Shown here one piece after another: positions 1 to 10,259 of a stretch of 64,000 nt of DNA. Where the stretch lies: positions 192,001 through 256,000 of the forward strand of contig CAVTMK010000004.1 in the NCBI GenBank assembly GCA_963735805.1. The letters are read 5' to 3'. Numbering within the stretch: position 1 is the first letter of the stretch; every line of letters begins with the position of its first letter. Both the position numbers and the translations under genes were made by a program. The DNA comes from an uncultured Verrucomicrobiae bacterium. GTDB taxonomy: Bacteria > Verrucomicrobiota > Verrucomicrobiia > Chthoniobacterales > UBA10450. The notes under the pieces were generated by a model. That model ran no database searches, had not been told where the DNA came from, and saw only the letters and a program-made list of their open reading frames with translations.

Positions 1-72
1 CCGGCGATCTTGAACGGACCCACGCTGAGTTGCTCAAACGAATCCAGGCCGAACGGCAACGAAATCGTTAAC

Positions 73-1149
73 ATGAATCCAACGATCCGAATTTTTGCGC
101 TTCTTTTGTGGACCCTGGCCCCGAGGTTCGTGTTAGGCGCGGAGTATCCGGCACCGACGGAAGGCGATTATACAGTTCGCGATTTCAAGTTTGCCTCGGG
201 CGAAACCTTGCCGGAGTTGCGTCTCCATTATCGGACGCTAGGGAAACCGGAAAAAGATGCGCAGGGCAAAACGACGAATGCCGTTCTGATCATGCACGGG
301 ACGACTGGCAGCGGCGCACAATTTATTCGCCCCGAGTTTGCCGGCGAACTGTTTGGAAAAGGTCAGCCGCTCGACGCGACGAAGTTTTACATCGTGTTGC
401 CGGATGGCATTGGTCACGGCAAATCGAGCAAACCGAGTGACGGTATGCACGCAAAATTCCCGCGTTACGTTTATCTGGACATGGTGGAAGCGCAGTACCG
501 CCTCTTGACCAACGGCCTCGGCGTAAATCACGCGCGACTCGTCACGGGAACATCAATGGGAGGAATGCAGACCTGGCTGTGGGGCGAACTGCATCCCGAT
601 TTCATGGACGCGCTCATGCCGCTGGCGAGTTTGCCGACACAGATTTCAGGGCGCAATCGCGCGTGGCGCCGCATGGTGATTGACGCCATCCGCAATGATC
701 CCGCCTGGAACGGTGGCGAGTACAAAACACAGCCGCCGAGCCTGCGCACGGCAGCCGAGATGCTGTGGTTCATGAGCAGCAATCCAGTCTTGCGTCAGAA
801 GGACGCGCCTACACTTGCGAAAACGGATGAGGTTCTCGACAAGTTCGTCGAGCAAATCGTCAAGAGTGATGACGCCAATGACGTGCTCTACGCGCTCGAA
901 GCTTCACACGATTACAATCCAGGGCCGAATCTAGAAAAAATCCAGGCGCCACTTCTGGCGATTAATTCAGCGGACGATTTGATCAATCCACCAGAACTCG
1001 GCATCCTGGAAGAGGAGATCAAGCGCGTTCCGCATGGCCGCGCAATCGTGATTCCGCTCAGCGACAAAACCCGTGGCCACGGCAGCCACACCCTAGGGGC
1101 CTTATGGAAAGATCAGTTAGCGGAGCTGCTTAAGGAGACAGAAAAGTGA
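73..1149 (+). CDS. Secreted alpha/beta-fold hydrolase, homoserine O-acetyltransferase-like family
   Basis: LHYRTLG, HGTTG, GTSMGG nucleophile elbow, SADDLINPP and C-terminal GHGSH; signal-peptide-like N-terminus from ATG 73. Confidence 0.8.
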   Translation: MNPTIRIFALLLWTLAPRFVLGAEYPAPTEGDYTVRDFKFASGETLPELRLHYRTLGKPEKDAQGKTTNAVLIMHGTTGSGAQFIRPEFAGELFGKGQPLDATKFYIVLPDGIGHGKSSKPSDGMHAKFPRYVYLDMVEAQYRLLTNGLGVNHARLVTGTSMGGMQTWLWGELHPDFMDALMPLASLPTQISGRNRAWRRMVIDAIRNDPAWNGGEYKTQPPSLRTAAEMLWFMSSNPVLRQKDAPTLAKTDEVLDKFVEQIVKSDDANDVLYALEASHDYNPGPNLEKIQAPLLAINSADDLINPPELGILEEEIKRVPHGRAIVIPLSDKTRGHGSHTLGALWKDQLAELLKETEK

Positions 1150-1159
1150 CCGCTCAATA

Positions 1160-1330
1160 TCACTCATAATACGCGCCGCCATAATAACTGTACCACGGAT
1201 AATACGGATAATAAAACGGTGCGTGGTAAGTGTTATATCGGGCCTCGGGGGCGGCAGTCTCAGAGTAATACGTTCCAGCACATCCACCCAGCGAAAGTGC
1301 AAGAAGTATCGCGCATAAGATCGAGAGCAT
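1160..1330 (-). CDS. Small Tyr-rich putative lipoprotein
   Basis: Hydrophobic stretch plus lipobox-like LGGC, then Y/P-rich tail; start may be 1381. Confidence 0.55.
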   Translation of the reverse strand: MLSILCAILLALSLGGCAGTYYSETAAPEARYNTYHAPFYYPYYPWYSYYGGAYYE

Positions 1331-1512
1331 GGCTGCCGTTCCCTGACTCGTGTTTGTACCCACCGCCGCCGATGTCTTCATCAGCTCATTTAATGACAAC
1401 GGCTCAAGCAAACAAAGCCAAATTAAAATAAATTTTGCGCCGCCTGTCTCGGGGCGCCACCGGTCGTAAGATTCTTCCCTGATTACGGCGATTTAGCTTG
1501 CGCAGCCAAAGG

Positions 1513-1557
1513 GGCATCGGCGCATCCGCCAGCAGCGGACGGCGCCGATGCCTTACC
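1513..1557. repeat. REP-like palindrome
   Basis: GGCATCGGCGC...GCGCCGATGCC inverted repeat followed by TTACC. Confidence 0.5.
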
Positions 1558-1574
1558 CAAGCGCGTGTCGCAAA

Positions 1575-1880
1575 TCAATACCAGTCGCCGTAAATTCTGC
1601 TGCCGTAGTACCGCGGACCATAAGCATCATTGTAGCGAGTGCCGGAGCGTACTATGGTCCTCTCATACGTCGGGCCGTAATAATAGGAGTACGGATTGCC
1701 GTAATAGCCGTAATCGGGCGCATAATATGCGGTCGGATAGTAATGACCGGTGTCATACGCCGTCGCGTAGGGACTCTCTGCACAGCCGCCCAGAAGCGTT
1801 GCAACAGCGCCTGCGCAAACGATTGACAGGAAGAATGTGCGACTGGACCGTTTGAATTTCGAGTCTGTGATTGTGTTCAT
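1575..1880 (-). CDS. Small Tyr-rich putative lipoprotein
   Basis: Basic plus hydrophobic N-terminus, LLGGC lipobox, Y/G/P-rich body; GGGGGA upstream of ATG 1880. Confidence 0.6.
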   Translation of the reverse strand: MNTITDSKFKRSSRTFFLSIVCAGAVATLLGGCAESPYATAYDTGHYYPTAYYAPDYGYYGNPYSYYYGPTYERTIVRSGTRYNDAYGPRYYGSRIYGDWY

Positions 1881-2120
1881 CAGATTTCCCCCTTTCATTG
1901 AATTCTGATTTTCCCTTCGAATCCGAAACGCGTTTCGGGTTAACGGGACCTGTGCCTTATCGCGGCGATCTGTTTTGATCCACTCGTCGATTCAGCAAAC
2001 AGATCTCACTATAAAAATCGGCGCTCGCGGCCTTTTTGGCTGTAGCCGGCAGGATGACAGAGTCGCCAGTTGCATCGCATTATTTTGAAAACGCCGGCCC
2101 TCAACTTAGAATTCGCGCAC

Positions 2121-3818
2121 ATGAAACGAAATTTCCTTTGGTTTGGCGTGTTGGTAACAATTGTGTGCACAATGTTCGCTCAAGATCATTCACCATCCCC
2201 ACCGGTGGATTTTGACGTCATCATTAAAGGCGGCACGGTTTATGACGGGACGGGCGCCGAGGCGAAGCAGGCTGACGTTGCAATTCGTGGCGATCGAATT
2301 GCGGGTATCGGCGATTTCAAGACAGCAAAGGCAAAGAGCATTATCGATGCGAAAGGACTCGCGGTAGCTCCCGGGTTTATCAACATGCTTTCGTGGTCTA
2401 CCGAATCGCTGATTCAAGATGGCCGTTCGCAGAGTGAGATTCGGCAGGGGGTGACCACGGAGATCATGGGCGAAGGCGAATCGATGGGTCCCATCAACGA
2501 TCGTGTGCGCGAACACAAGATTCGTCAGCAAACGGACATTAAATACGACATTACATGGAACACGCTCGCGGAATACCTGCAGTACCTCGAAAAACGCGGC
2601 GTGTCGTGCAATGTGGCGTCGTTCATCGGCGCCACGACGATTCGCGAATACGTGATCGGATTCGAGGATAAGGCACCGACACCAGATCAACTCGATCAAA
2701 TGCGCGAACTGGTGCGCAAGGAAATGGAAGCCGGCGCACTGGGGATTGGCACTTCGTTGATCTATCCCCCCGCATTTTACGCGAAGACCGAGGAACTGAT
2801 TGAGCTCTGCAAGGTCGCCGCGAAATACCAGGGCAAATACATCTCGCACATGCGGAGCGAGGGTAGCCGCGTGCTTGAGGCGCTTGATGAATTAATTCGC
2901 ATCAGCCGCGAGGCAAAAATTCCGGCGGAAGTCTATCACATCAAAGTTTCTGGCCGGCAGAACTGGCCAAAGATTAACGATCTGCTTTCGCGAATCGAAG
3001 CGGCCCAGCGGGAGGGACTAAAAATCACCGCTGATATGTACACCTATACCGCCGGAGGAACCGGGCTCGATGCATCGCTTCCGCCCTGGACCGAAGACGG
3101 CGGTTATCCTGCGTTATTCAAGCGGCTACGCGATCCGGCGACGCGCGAGAAAATCAAGGCCGAGGTCCAGAAACCTACCGGCGCGTGGGAAAACCTTTAT
3201 CTGGACGCTGGAGGCCCGGAGCACATTCTTTTGGTAGAGTTCAAATCCGAAAAACTGAAGCCCCTTACCGGAAAAACACTGGCTGAGGTGGCCAGGATGC
3301 GCGGCAAAGATCCTATCGACACCGCGATGGATTTGATAGCAGAAGACGAATCGCGTGTCGGCACACTTTATTTCATCATGTCGGAAGAGAACGTGAAGAA
3401 AGAATTCGTGAAGCCGTGGATTTCTTTTGGCTCTGATGAAGCTTCGCAGGCACCTGAGGGCGTTTTCCTGAAATCGAATCCACATCCGCGCGCTTACGGA
3501 AATTTCGCGCGCGTCCTAGGCAAATATGGGCGTGACGAAAAACTGATTCCTATAAATGAAGCTGTTCGAAGACTGAGTGGTCTTCCTGCAACCAATCTGG
3601 GGCTCGATCATCGCGGGTTTCTCAGGGAAGGGATGTTTGCCGACGTTGTAGTGTTTGATCCCTCGACAATCACCGATCGTGCCACGTACGAGAAACCGCA
3701 TCAATATGCAGTCGGTATGAAGCACGTTTTCGTAAACGGTGTACAAGTACTCAAGGACGGAGAACACACCGGCGCGAAACCGGGCCGTGCCTTGTGGGGC
3801 CCGGGAAAAGTGAGATAA
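2121..3818 (+). CDS. N-acyl-D-amino-acid deacylase (D-aminoacylase, amidohydrolase family)
   Basis: IIKGGTVYDGTG, VAPGFIN, SHMRSE, HPRAYGNF, ADVVVFDP motifs; signal peptide. Confidence 0.9.
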   Translation: MKRNFLWFGVLVTIVCTMFAQDHSPSPPVDFDVIIKGGTVYDGTGAEAKQADVAIRGDRIAGIGDFKTAKAKSIIDAKGLAVAPGFINMLSWSTESLIQDGRSQSEIRQGVTTEIMGEGESMGPINDRVREHKIRQQTDIKYDITWNTLAEYLQYLEKRGVSCNVASFIGATTIREYVIGFEDKAPTPDQLDQMRELVRKEMEAGALGIGTSLIYPPAFYAKTEELIELCKVAAKYQGKYISHMRSEGSRVLEALDELIRISREAKIPAEVYHIKVSGRQNWPKINDLLSRIEAAQREGLKITADMYTYTAGGTGLDASLPPWTEDGGYPALFKRLRDPATREKIKAEVQKPTGAWENLYLDAGGPEHILLVEFKSEKLKPLTGKTLAEVARMRGKDPIDTAMDLIAEDESRVGTLYFIMSEENVKKEFVKPWISFGSDEASQAPEGVFLKSNPHPRAYGNFARVLGKYGRDEKLIPINEAVRRLSGLPATNLGLDHRGFLREGMFADVVVFDPSTITDRATYEKPHQYAVGMKHVFVNGVQVLKDGEHTGAKPGRALWGPGKVR

Positions 3819-3928
3819 GTGCCGCGGCCCCATTTGAATTGGTTTTCGATTAAAAAGAAAGGCGGCACGGCATCGCCATTGAAAATGGCGGGCAGAGGAT
3901 CGAATTTAAGTGTTACATCGATTCACCA

Positions 3929-4339
3929 ATGGACCCAATTAGAAACATTAAGCTTCGCTGGTTGCATGGCGCGCTGCACGACCTGACCTCGGAGCTGTCA
4001 CATTTGCAATTTTCCCAATTTGCGCCGCATGCCTGGGAGCCGGCCATCAATGCGTACCGCTGCGAAGAATCCATTCGTATTTGCGTCGATTTGGCGGGTG
4101 TTGAACGTGCGCTCATTGATCTCACGGTCGAGCCGCGACGGCTGCTGATTCGCGGCACCCGCGAGCTTCCCGAGCCGACCGACGACGAAGGGTGCGCGCT
4201 GCAATTGCTGGCGATGGAAATCGATTATGGCCCGTTCATACGCGAAGTGCCGTTGCCTGCCGAAGTGGAAGTCGAACAAGCACACGCCGAGCAACGAAAC
4301 GGGCTGCTTTGGATTTCGCTGCCCCTAAAGGAATCATGA
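3929..4339 (+). CDS. Hsp20/alpha-crystallin family small heat-shock protein
   Basis: WEPAIN..., EIDYGPFIREVPLP, NGLLWISLP; stop overlaps the lon start (ATGA). Confidence 0.85.
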   Translation: MDPIRNIKLRWLHGALHDLTSELSHLQFSQFAPHAWEPAINAYRCEESIRICVDLAGVERALIDLTVEPRRLLIRGTRELPEPTDDEGCALQLLAMEIDYGPFIREVPLPAEVEVEQAHAEQRNGLLWISLPLKES

Positions 4340-6774
4340 GCGCAAAAGAACTCAGCACGTTACGGGCCAGCGTCGATTCCAAACCAGGAACGGAGAGCAC
4401 CATCGCCGCAGGAACAGGCGAAAGCCAGATACCGCATATCCCTGAGGAGCTATCAATCCTGCCAGTGCGCGGAATCGTCATTTTTCCGGGGACGATTATT
4501 CCGCTGAATGTCCAGCGCGCGGCGTCGCTTAAGCTTCTCGACGACACTTTGCCGCGAACAAAAGTGATTGGGCTGCTGACACAGCGTGATGAGAGCAAGG
4601 AAGATCCGACGTCACAGGACCTCTACACAGTTGGCACGGCCGCGCTGGTGCTCAAGCTGATTCGCCAGACAGAGGACAATGTCCTGGTGATCGTGCAAGG
4701 GCTTCGTCGCCTTTCGCTTCGCAAAATCGTCGCTACGTCGCCGTTTCTCCGGGCCGAGGTCGATTTGCCTCAGTCTATAGTACCGCCGGAGAGCAAGGAA
4801 TGGGAAGCTACGTTCCGGAACTTGCGTGATTCGGCTGCGAGACTGTTCGAACTGTCCCCGGACGCGCCGGAACAAGCGCGCCTGATGATCTTGAACATCG
4901 AGAGTCCGGAACAGCTGGCTGATTTTCTCGCGCCGAACCTAAACGTGGACGTTCCGCAGAAGCAGGCATTACTCGAGGAGCTCGACGTAGAGAAGCGGGT
5001 CCGCGCAATTCAAAAACAAATTTCCGCGCAACTTGAGATCGCCGAGATCCAGCAAAGACTGCAAAAAGATGTGGCGTCGCAATTTTCCGATGCACAACGG
5101 CGGGCGTATCTGCGTTCGCAGATCAAAGCAATTCAACGCGAACTGGGAGAAGCCGAAGGTGGCGGCGAGGAACAGGCCGAGCAATTGCGCGCCCGCGTGA
5201 AGGAAGCCAACCCACCGGAGGAAGTGATGAAGCAAGCTGAGCGCGAATTGAAGCGACTCGACTTTATTCCCTCAGCCAGCCCGGAGTTCTCCGTCATTGT
5301 CAGTTATATCGAGATCATTGCCGATTTGCCCTGGAATAAATTGAGCCAGGACAATCTGGATCTCGACCAGGCACAGAAAATTCTCGATCGCGATCATTAC
5401 GATCTGGAAAAAGTTAAGAAACGCCTGATCGAATATCTGGCAGTCCGCAAACTCAATCCGCAGGGGCACGGCGCGATTCTCTGTTTTCTTGGCCCCCCTG
5501 GCGTGGGCAAAACCAGTCTTGGACAGTCGATTGCCGATGCGCTTGGTCGAAAATTTATCCGGATCAGCCTGGGCGGTATGCGCGACGAAGCCGAAATCCG
5601 TGGTCATCGTCGCACGTACATCGGCTCGATGCCCGGCCGTATCATTCAGGAATTGCGCCGGTGTGGGACGCGTAATCCTGTCTTTATGCTGGACGAGCTC
5701 GACAAGATCGGCGCGGATTTTCGGGGAGATCCGGCAAGTGCATTGCTCGAAGTGCTCGACCCGCGGCAAAACGACAAGTTTGTCGATCGCTATCTCGACG
5801 TGCCGTTCGATCTCTCACAGGTGATTTTCATCGGTACCGCTAATTACATTGAAGGCATTCCGGGCCCGTTGCGGGATCGGATTGAAGTAATCTCTCTACC
5901 CGGTTACACCGAGCGCGAGAAACTTGAGATCGCCAAGCGATATCTCGTGAAGCGGCAAATGGAGGAAAACGGACTTAAGCTCGAGCAAATCGAATGGCAG
6001 GATGAAGCGATCCGCCAGATCATTAACGATTACACGCACGAAGCAGGCGTCCGCGAACTGGAACGTCAAATCGCGTCTGTTTGTCGTGGAATTGCATCGC
6101 AGGTCGCGCGTGGAAAAATCGAGCGCGTAATGGTCACGCCCGAGCTGGTAGGAGAAATGCTGGGCCCGGCGAAGTATGTGCGCGAGACCAGACTAAAGAC
6201 GAGCAAGGCCGGGGTTGTTACGGGTTTGGCTTACACGCCTACCGGCGGCGAAGTTCTGCACATCGAAGCGACACGTTATCCCGGCAAGGGCAATATCACG
6301 CTTACCGGACAAATCGGCGAGGTAATGAAAGAATCCGTCCAGGCTGCGCTGAGTCTTCTTCGCAGTCGCGACGGACAATTGGGCGTGAATTCTGAAGATT
6401 TTCGCAAGATGGACATTCACGTGCACGTACCGGCTGGCGCGGTTCCAAAAGACGGGCCATCCGCGGGAATCGCCATGTTCACCGCGCTGGCGTCATTGTT
6501 CAGCAACACTCCCGTGCGACCGGAGGTCGCTATGACTGGCGAAATCACTTTGCGCGGTCTGGTTCTGCCTATCGGGGGGTTGAAGGAAAAAAGTCTCGCG
6601 GCGATGCGTGCCGGGATATCTACGGTGATTATCCCCAAGTTGAACGAGAAAGATCTCGTCGATGTTCCGGAGGAAGCGAAACAAAAACTCAAATTCGTCC
6701 CGGTCGAAAATGTGGATGAAGTGCTGGCTGTAGCGTTGGAGAAGAACGCAGGCACGGCTTCGTCAGGCAACTGA
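4336..6774 (+). CDS. lon: ATP-dependent protease La (Lon)
   Basis: LON N-domain, Walker A GPPGVGKTS, IRGHRRTYIG, catalytic PKDGPSAG and IGGLKEK. Confidence 0.97.
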   Translation: MSAKELSTLRASVDSKPGTESTIAAGTGESQIPHIPEELSILPVRGIVIFPGTIIPLNVQRAASLKLLDDTLPRTKVIGLLTQRDESKEDPTSQDLYTVGTAALVLKLIRQTEDNVLVIVQGLRRLSLRKIVATSPFLRAEVDLPQSIVPPESKEWEATFRNLRDSAARLFELSPDAPEQARLMILNIESPEQLADFLAPNLNVDVPQKQALLEELDVEKRVRAIQKQISAQLEIAEIQQRLQKDVASQFSDAQRRAYLRSQIKAIQRELGEAEGGGEEQAEQLRARVKEANPPEEVMKQAERELKRLDFIPSASPEFSVIVSYIEIIADLPWNKLSQDNLDLDQAQKILDRDHYDLEKVKKRLIEYLAVRKLNPQGHGAILCFLGPPGVGKTSLGQSIADALGRKFIRISLGGMRDEAEIRGHRRTYIGSMPGRIIQELRRCGTRNPVFMLDELDKIGADFRGDPASALLEVLDPRQNDKFVDRYLDVPFDLSQVIFIGTANYIEGIPGPLRDRIEVISLPGYTEREKLEIAKRYLVKRQMEENGLKLEQIEWQDEAIRQIINDYTHEAGVRELERQIASVCRGIASQVARGKIERVMVTPELVGEMLGPAKYVRETRLKTSKAGVVTGLAYTPTGGEVLHIEATRYPGKGNITLTGQIGEVMKESVQAALSLLRSRDGQLGVNSEDFRKMDIHVHVPAGAVPKDGPSAGIAMFTALASLFSNTPVRPEVAMTGEITLRGLVLPIGGLKEKSLAAMRAGISTVIIPKLNEKDLVDVPEEAKQKLKFVPVENVDEVLAVALEKNAGTASSGN

Positions 6775-6926
6775 CGTCAAAAGCGTGGAGACGATCCTCC
6801 CGGAAGCTTTATCCCTGAAGGCGGTTTGTCGCTTCTTCCCGCGCTTCTTGTAAGACGGAGCCCGGACCGAACGATTTCGCACAGGGCAACGATAATCGAA
6901 AGAGACGGCGTTCTATCTGCATCGGG

Positions 6927-9086
6927 TCACGGTGACACCAGGCTCCAACCAATGGGGACAGTTGGGCCTGCGACGCCATTGACGAAAACGTTGTTATTGA
7001 GATGCCAAATCGCTGTTTGACGAGTAGCGCCGTTGTAAAGCAGGTAGTCGGGTTTCCCATCACCATCAAAATCGGCTGTGGCTACCAAAGCCCAGTTGCC
7101 TGGAACCGTCGGCCCCCAGGCTGCACCAATAAGAGTTGTTCCGGATAAATAGGCGATAGCTGTGTAACCGGAACTCGGATGAAATAGGAGATAATCTGGA
7201 TGGCCATCGCCATTGAAATCCGCTACGCCCACTAACGTCCAGCCGCTCGGGAGGCTTGGACCAACATCGCCACCGACCAAAACATTATTATTGAGATACC
7301 AGACCGCGGTTTGATGGGTGCTGGTTTTGTAAAGCACGTAATCGGGGTTGCCATCCGCGTTAAAATCGGCCGCCCCGACTAACTCCCAGCCATTGGGAAG
7401 AGTCGGCCCGAAATCGCCCCCAACAAAGATTGGTCCAGACAGATACCAAATTGCTGTCTGACTCGTACTAGGAGCGAACAACGCATAATCTGAATGACTG
7501 TCGAGATCGAAATCGGCCACAGCCCTCAACCCCCAGCCTGGTGCAAGAGCTGGGCCGTACGCGGAGCCGATAAAAACATTGTTATTCAGATACCAGATCG
7601 CGGTTTGGCGTGTGTTGGCATCATGAAGCACGTAGTCTGGTTTACCGTCGCTGTTAAAGTCGCCTACTACAGCCCGTTTTACTGGGGGTGGTGCCGGCGG
7701 GGAAATCCGAACGTAATAGATGTCTTCTTCGAGATTGAAGGTTGCGCAGTATGCGACATTTGCTCCAGCGTTGTCGGAAACGATCGCGATGTAGTCGCCG
7801 ATCTTGTTCTGATTCGGGTAGCCGAGGAACGGGTTAAACGAGGAGCTGACTGCGACACTGGGCGACCAGGTATTTCCTCCGTCGAAGCTGGACGAATAGA
7901 AGAGTTGGGAGTTCGTATTGTTCGCCGCGTTGCGCGTGTCGAACCAAACAGCATCGATTCGGCCATTGGGCGCGACTGAAAGCGTTCCGAACCAGTGCCA
8001 CTTCGCATGATTTACAGGATCATCATTGATTCGGCGCGGCGCGCTGAACGTCTGGCCTCCGTTGGTGCTGCGTGCGAACATCACGTCACTACCATTGGTA
8101 GCGCCGGTAGGCTGGACGCTCGCAAGCATGTAAACGTTGTTGTTCGTGCTCGTGCCGGACCGATCCACTGCCAGATAAACCTGGCCGACTAGTCCTTCCG
8201 GATTGATCGGCTCGCTAAAGGCGATATGACCGCCAAGATTTACCGCAGTGCTTCGATCGAAGGTTGGGGTAACAGCGCCGTTCTTTGCGTTGGTGGAGCG
8301 AATACACCAAATCTGATTGGTGTTCAGGTTTACGCCGCCAATGAAAAGATTCCCATTTGAATCGACGTCCAGTGTGCCCCACGCAGGAGTGTTTGGAATG
8401 TTGATCGGGTTCAACCAGGTAAGTCCGCCATTAATTGAGCGGCTGAATTGTCTGCCGCCATAATTATTTCCGTCGGTGCTCCAGAATTGATACTGAAATC
8501 CGTGCCCTGTGCTGTTGGTGTTATCGATGGTAAACCACTGTTTATCGCCTCCATCGGCCGCAGCAATATTCGTCCACGATTGACCGCCATTGAGCGATCG
8601 CCACAAGTCGTCGAAAAAATTCTGGAGAAGACTAAGATAAAAAAAACGGCCGGTGTTGTCCGAGTTGAGAACTGGATCACTACGAAAAACGTTACGTTGA
8701 AGAACGCCTCGGTTAATCCATGTCCTCCCGCCATTGGCCGTATACGCGGAACCCGCCTGGCGAAAGTTTGACGCCACGCTATCAAATTGTCTCCAGCCGA
8801 TGCTCATCTTGTTTCCGTTTGTCGGATTAACGCAAATGGAGGGCTCATTCGCGGCGTCGCCAACGATGTTGTTACCACTCGCGTTCACGTTGACCTGATA
8901 GCTTGTGTAAGGACCAAACTGCGACACCAACGCTGGCGAAATGGCTACGGCCGGCGCGAACGGCGGCGGATTATCGTATTTCTCCAGTGGCTCTTTTGGG
9001 AGCGGCTTTGGTGCCAGGGTCTGACTCGAAACGGTAGCGACTACAGACAAAAGAACCATACAACTGTGCAGGTTCGCCCGTGACAT
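6927..9086 (-). CDS. Secreted Asp-box (BNR)/sialidase-like propeller protein with C-terminal FG-GAP/VCBS-like repeats
   Basis: Signal peptide; SxNGGxTW/F Asp boxes; five DFNxDGxPDY...TAIWYL...GPTLP.GW repeats at the C-terminus. Confidence 0.8.
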   Translation of the reverse strand: MSRANLHSCMVLLSVVATVSSQTLAPKPLPKEPLEKYDNPPPFAPAVAISPALVSQFGPYTSYQVNVNASGNNIVGDAANEPSICVNPTNGNKMSIGWRQFDSVASNFRQAGSAYTANGGRTWINRGVLQRNVFRSDPVLNSDNTGRFFYLSLLQNFFDDLWRSLNGGQSWTNIAAADGGDKQWFTIDNTNSTGHGFQYQFWSTDGNNYGGRQFSRSINGGLTWLNPINIPNTPAWGTLDVDSNGNLFIGGVNLNTNQIWCIRSTNAKNGAVTPTFDRSTAVNLGGHIAFSEPINPEGLVGQVYLAVDRSGTSTNNNVYMLASVQPTGATNGSDVMFARSTNGGQTFSAPRRINDDPVNHAKWHWFGTLSVAPNGRIDAVWFDTRNAANNTNSQLFYSSSFDGGNTWSPSVAVSSSFNPFLGYPNQNKIGDYIAIVSDNAGANVAYCATFNLEEDIYYVRISPPAPPPVKRAVVGDFNSDGKPDYVLHDANTRQTAIWYLNNNVFIGSAYGPALAPGWGLRAVADFDLDSHSDYALFAPSTSQTAIWYLSGPIFVGGDFGPTLPNGWELVGAADFNADGNPDYVLYKTSTHQTAVWYLNNNVLVGGDVGPSLPSGWTLVGVADFNGDGHPDYLLFHPSSGYTAIAYLSGTTLIGAAWGPTVPGNWALVATADFDGDGKPDYLLYNGATRQTAIWHLNNNVFVNGVAGPTVPIGWSLVSP

Positions 9087-9369
9087 CGCCCCATGATTAT
9101 AACTCCATTTGTGCTTCAGAGCGATTGAGAAAATCGGGGCGACAATCGACGCCTCTTTCCGGAGTTGGTTTCGATCAATTAACAACTTTCGCTGTCGCGT
9201 CCTGCGACTGCTCATTCACGAAAATGACATGGAAACGTCACCATTTTTTTGCAAGGTCGTCATCTGTTTGTAACGCCGGACTGCGATGGTGGACTCATCC
9301 ACGAGATGAACCAATCGCAAGGTTATTTGCTACCGATGGGTTAGGTCGCGCCACAGATAGACCCATAGC

Positions 9370-9415
9370 CGGGCGTCTCCGGATTGAAATTCTCCGGGGG
9401 CGCCCGTTGCTTTTT
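9370..9415 (+). terminator. Intrinsic terminator-like hairpin
   Basis: 14-bp stem CGGGCGTCTCCGGA/TCCGGGGGCGCCCG (two G-U pairs, valid on + only) followed by TTGCTTTTT. Confidence 0.6.
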
Positions 9416-9547
9416 AGCGCAACTAACAACTGGCAGACGGATCGACTTCTCTGAAGACGCTGGCAAACGGTACCGGCCAAACGGCGGCCAGGTTATCCAA
9501 CGTGCTGAGGAGTCGCACCGGCGACCGTTCGCCTGATACACGAACCT

Positions 9548-10195
9548 TCACCACGCTTCCGTGTTCGCTCTTTGTTCGATTTGTTCGAGACTCGGGTCGG
9601 AATTGCGAATCCAATCACGAGCTTCGTTGATTTCAGTCGGATTGACCGGAATCGCTCGTGGAATCGGCTCGGCCCGTGCGACTAATTGCCCTTCGAACTT
9701 CACCGGTTTTGCGCGTTTGATCTGAAATTTCCAGTGGTGCCCAAATTTATAGAGCGCATAAAACATGGTCTTGGCTTCAATCGCGCTCACCCCGCCGCAA
9801 CGCATTGCGTAGTAGAACATGCGGTCGCAATCCTGCCAGGGTCGCTTCTTGTCTCCATACGCGACATCGTGCAACACCGAGGCGTTGCGATATCTTCCTT
9901 CGAACGGGCCGCCCATGAACGACCAGAGGTAACGCGGAATAGATGCACCATCGACAACTGATCCAATCGGGGCGACCCAAACGTTACCAGTCGGATCAGT
10001 GTAACGTAATTCAGTTAACAGCGTCATTGTTCGCCCGTCTGGATTCCATTTGGTCACTGGCTCGCCGTCGAAATAACCCCATTTGGTCGCGCCCGGGATG
10101 GTTTGATCGGTTCCTGGTGGCTCTGAACGCGACGCGCACGCGACAAAACCCGCGACGAAAAACACCAGTAACTGAATGGTTTTTCTGTTTTCCAT
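9548..10195 (-). CDS. DUF1353-like putative lipoprotein
   Basis: DGASIPR, ASVLHD, CDRMFYYAM motifs; lipobox-like FVAC. Confidence 0.75.
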   Translation of the reverse strand: MENRKTIQLLVFFVAGFVACASRSEPPGTDQTIPGATKWGYFDGEPVTKWNPDGRTMTLLTELRYTDPTGNVWVAPIGSVVDGASIPRYLWSFMGGPFEGRYRNASVLHDVAYGDKKRPWQDCDRMFYYAMRCGGVSAIEAKTMFYALYKFGHHWKFQIKRAKPVKFEGQLVARAEPIPRAIPVNPTEINEARDWIRNSDPSLEQIEQRANTEAW

Positions 10196-10259
10196 GTGAG
10201 ATCCAAAACGTTTAGCGTGCAACGCTCAACATTCAACCCCTGACCTGGCCCTTCGCACC

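Noticed and set aside
3819..3928. CIRCE/HrcA operator upstream of hsp20-lon
   Set aside because: No TTAGCACTC-N9-GAGTGCTAA; only a short CGCCATT/AATGGCG hairpin.
4192..4335. Longer lon start
   Set aside because: It overlaps hsp20; ATG 4336 forms a typical ATGA coupling.
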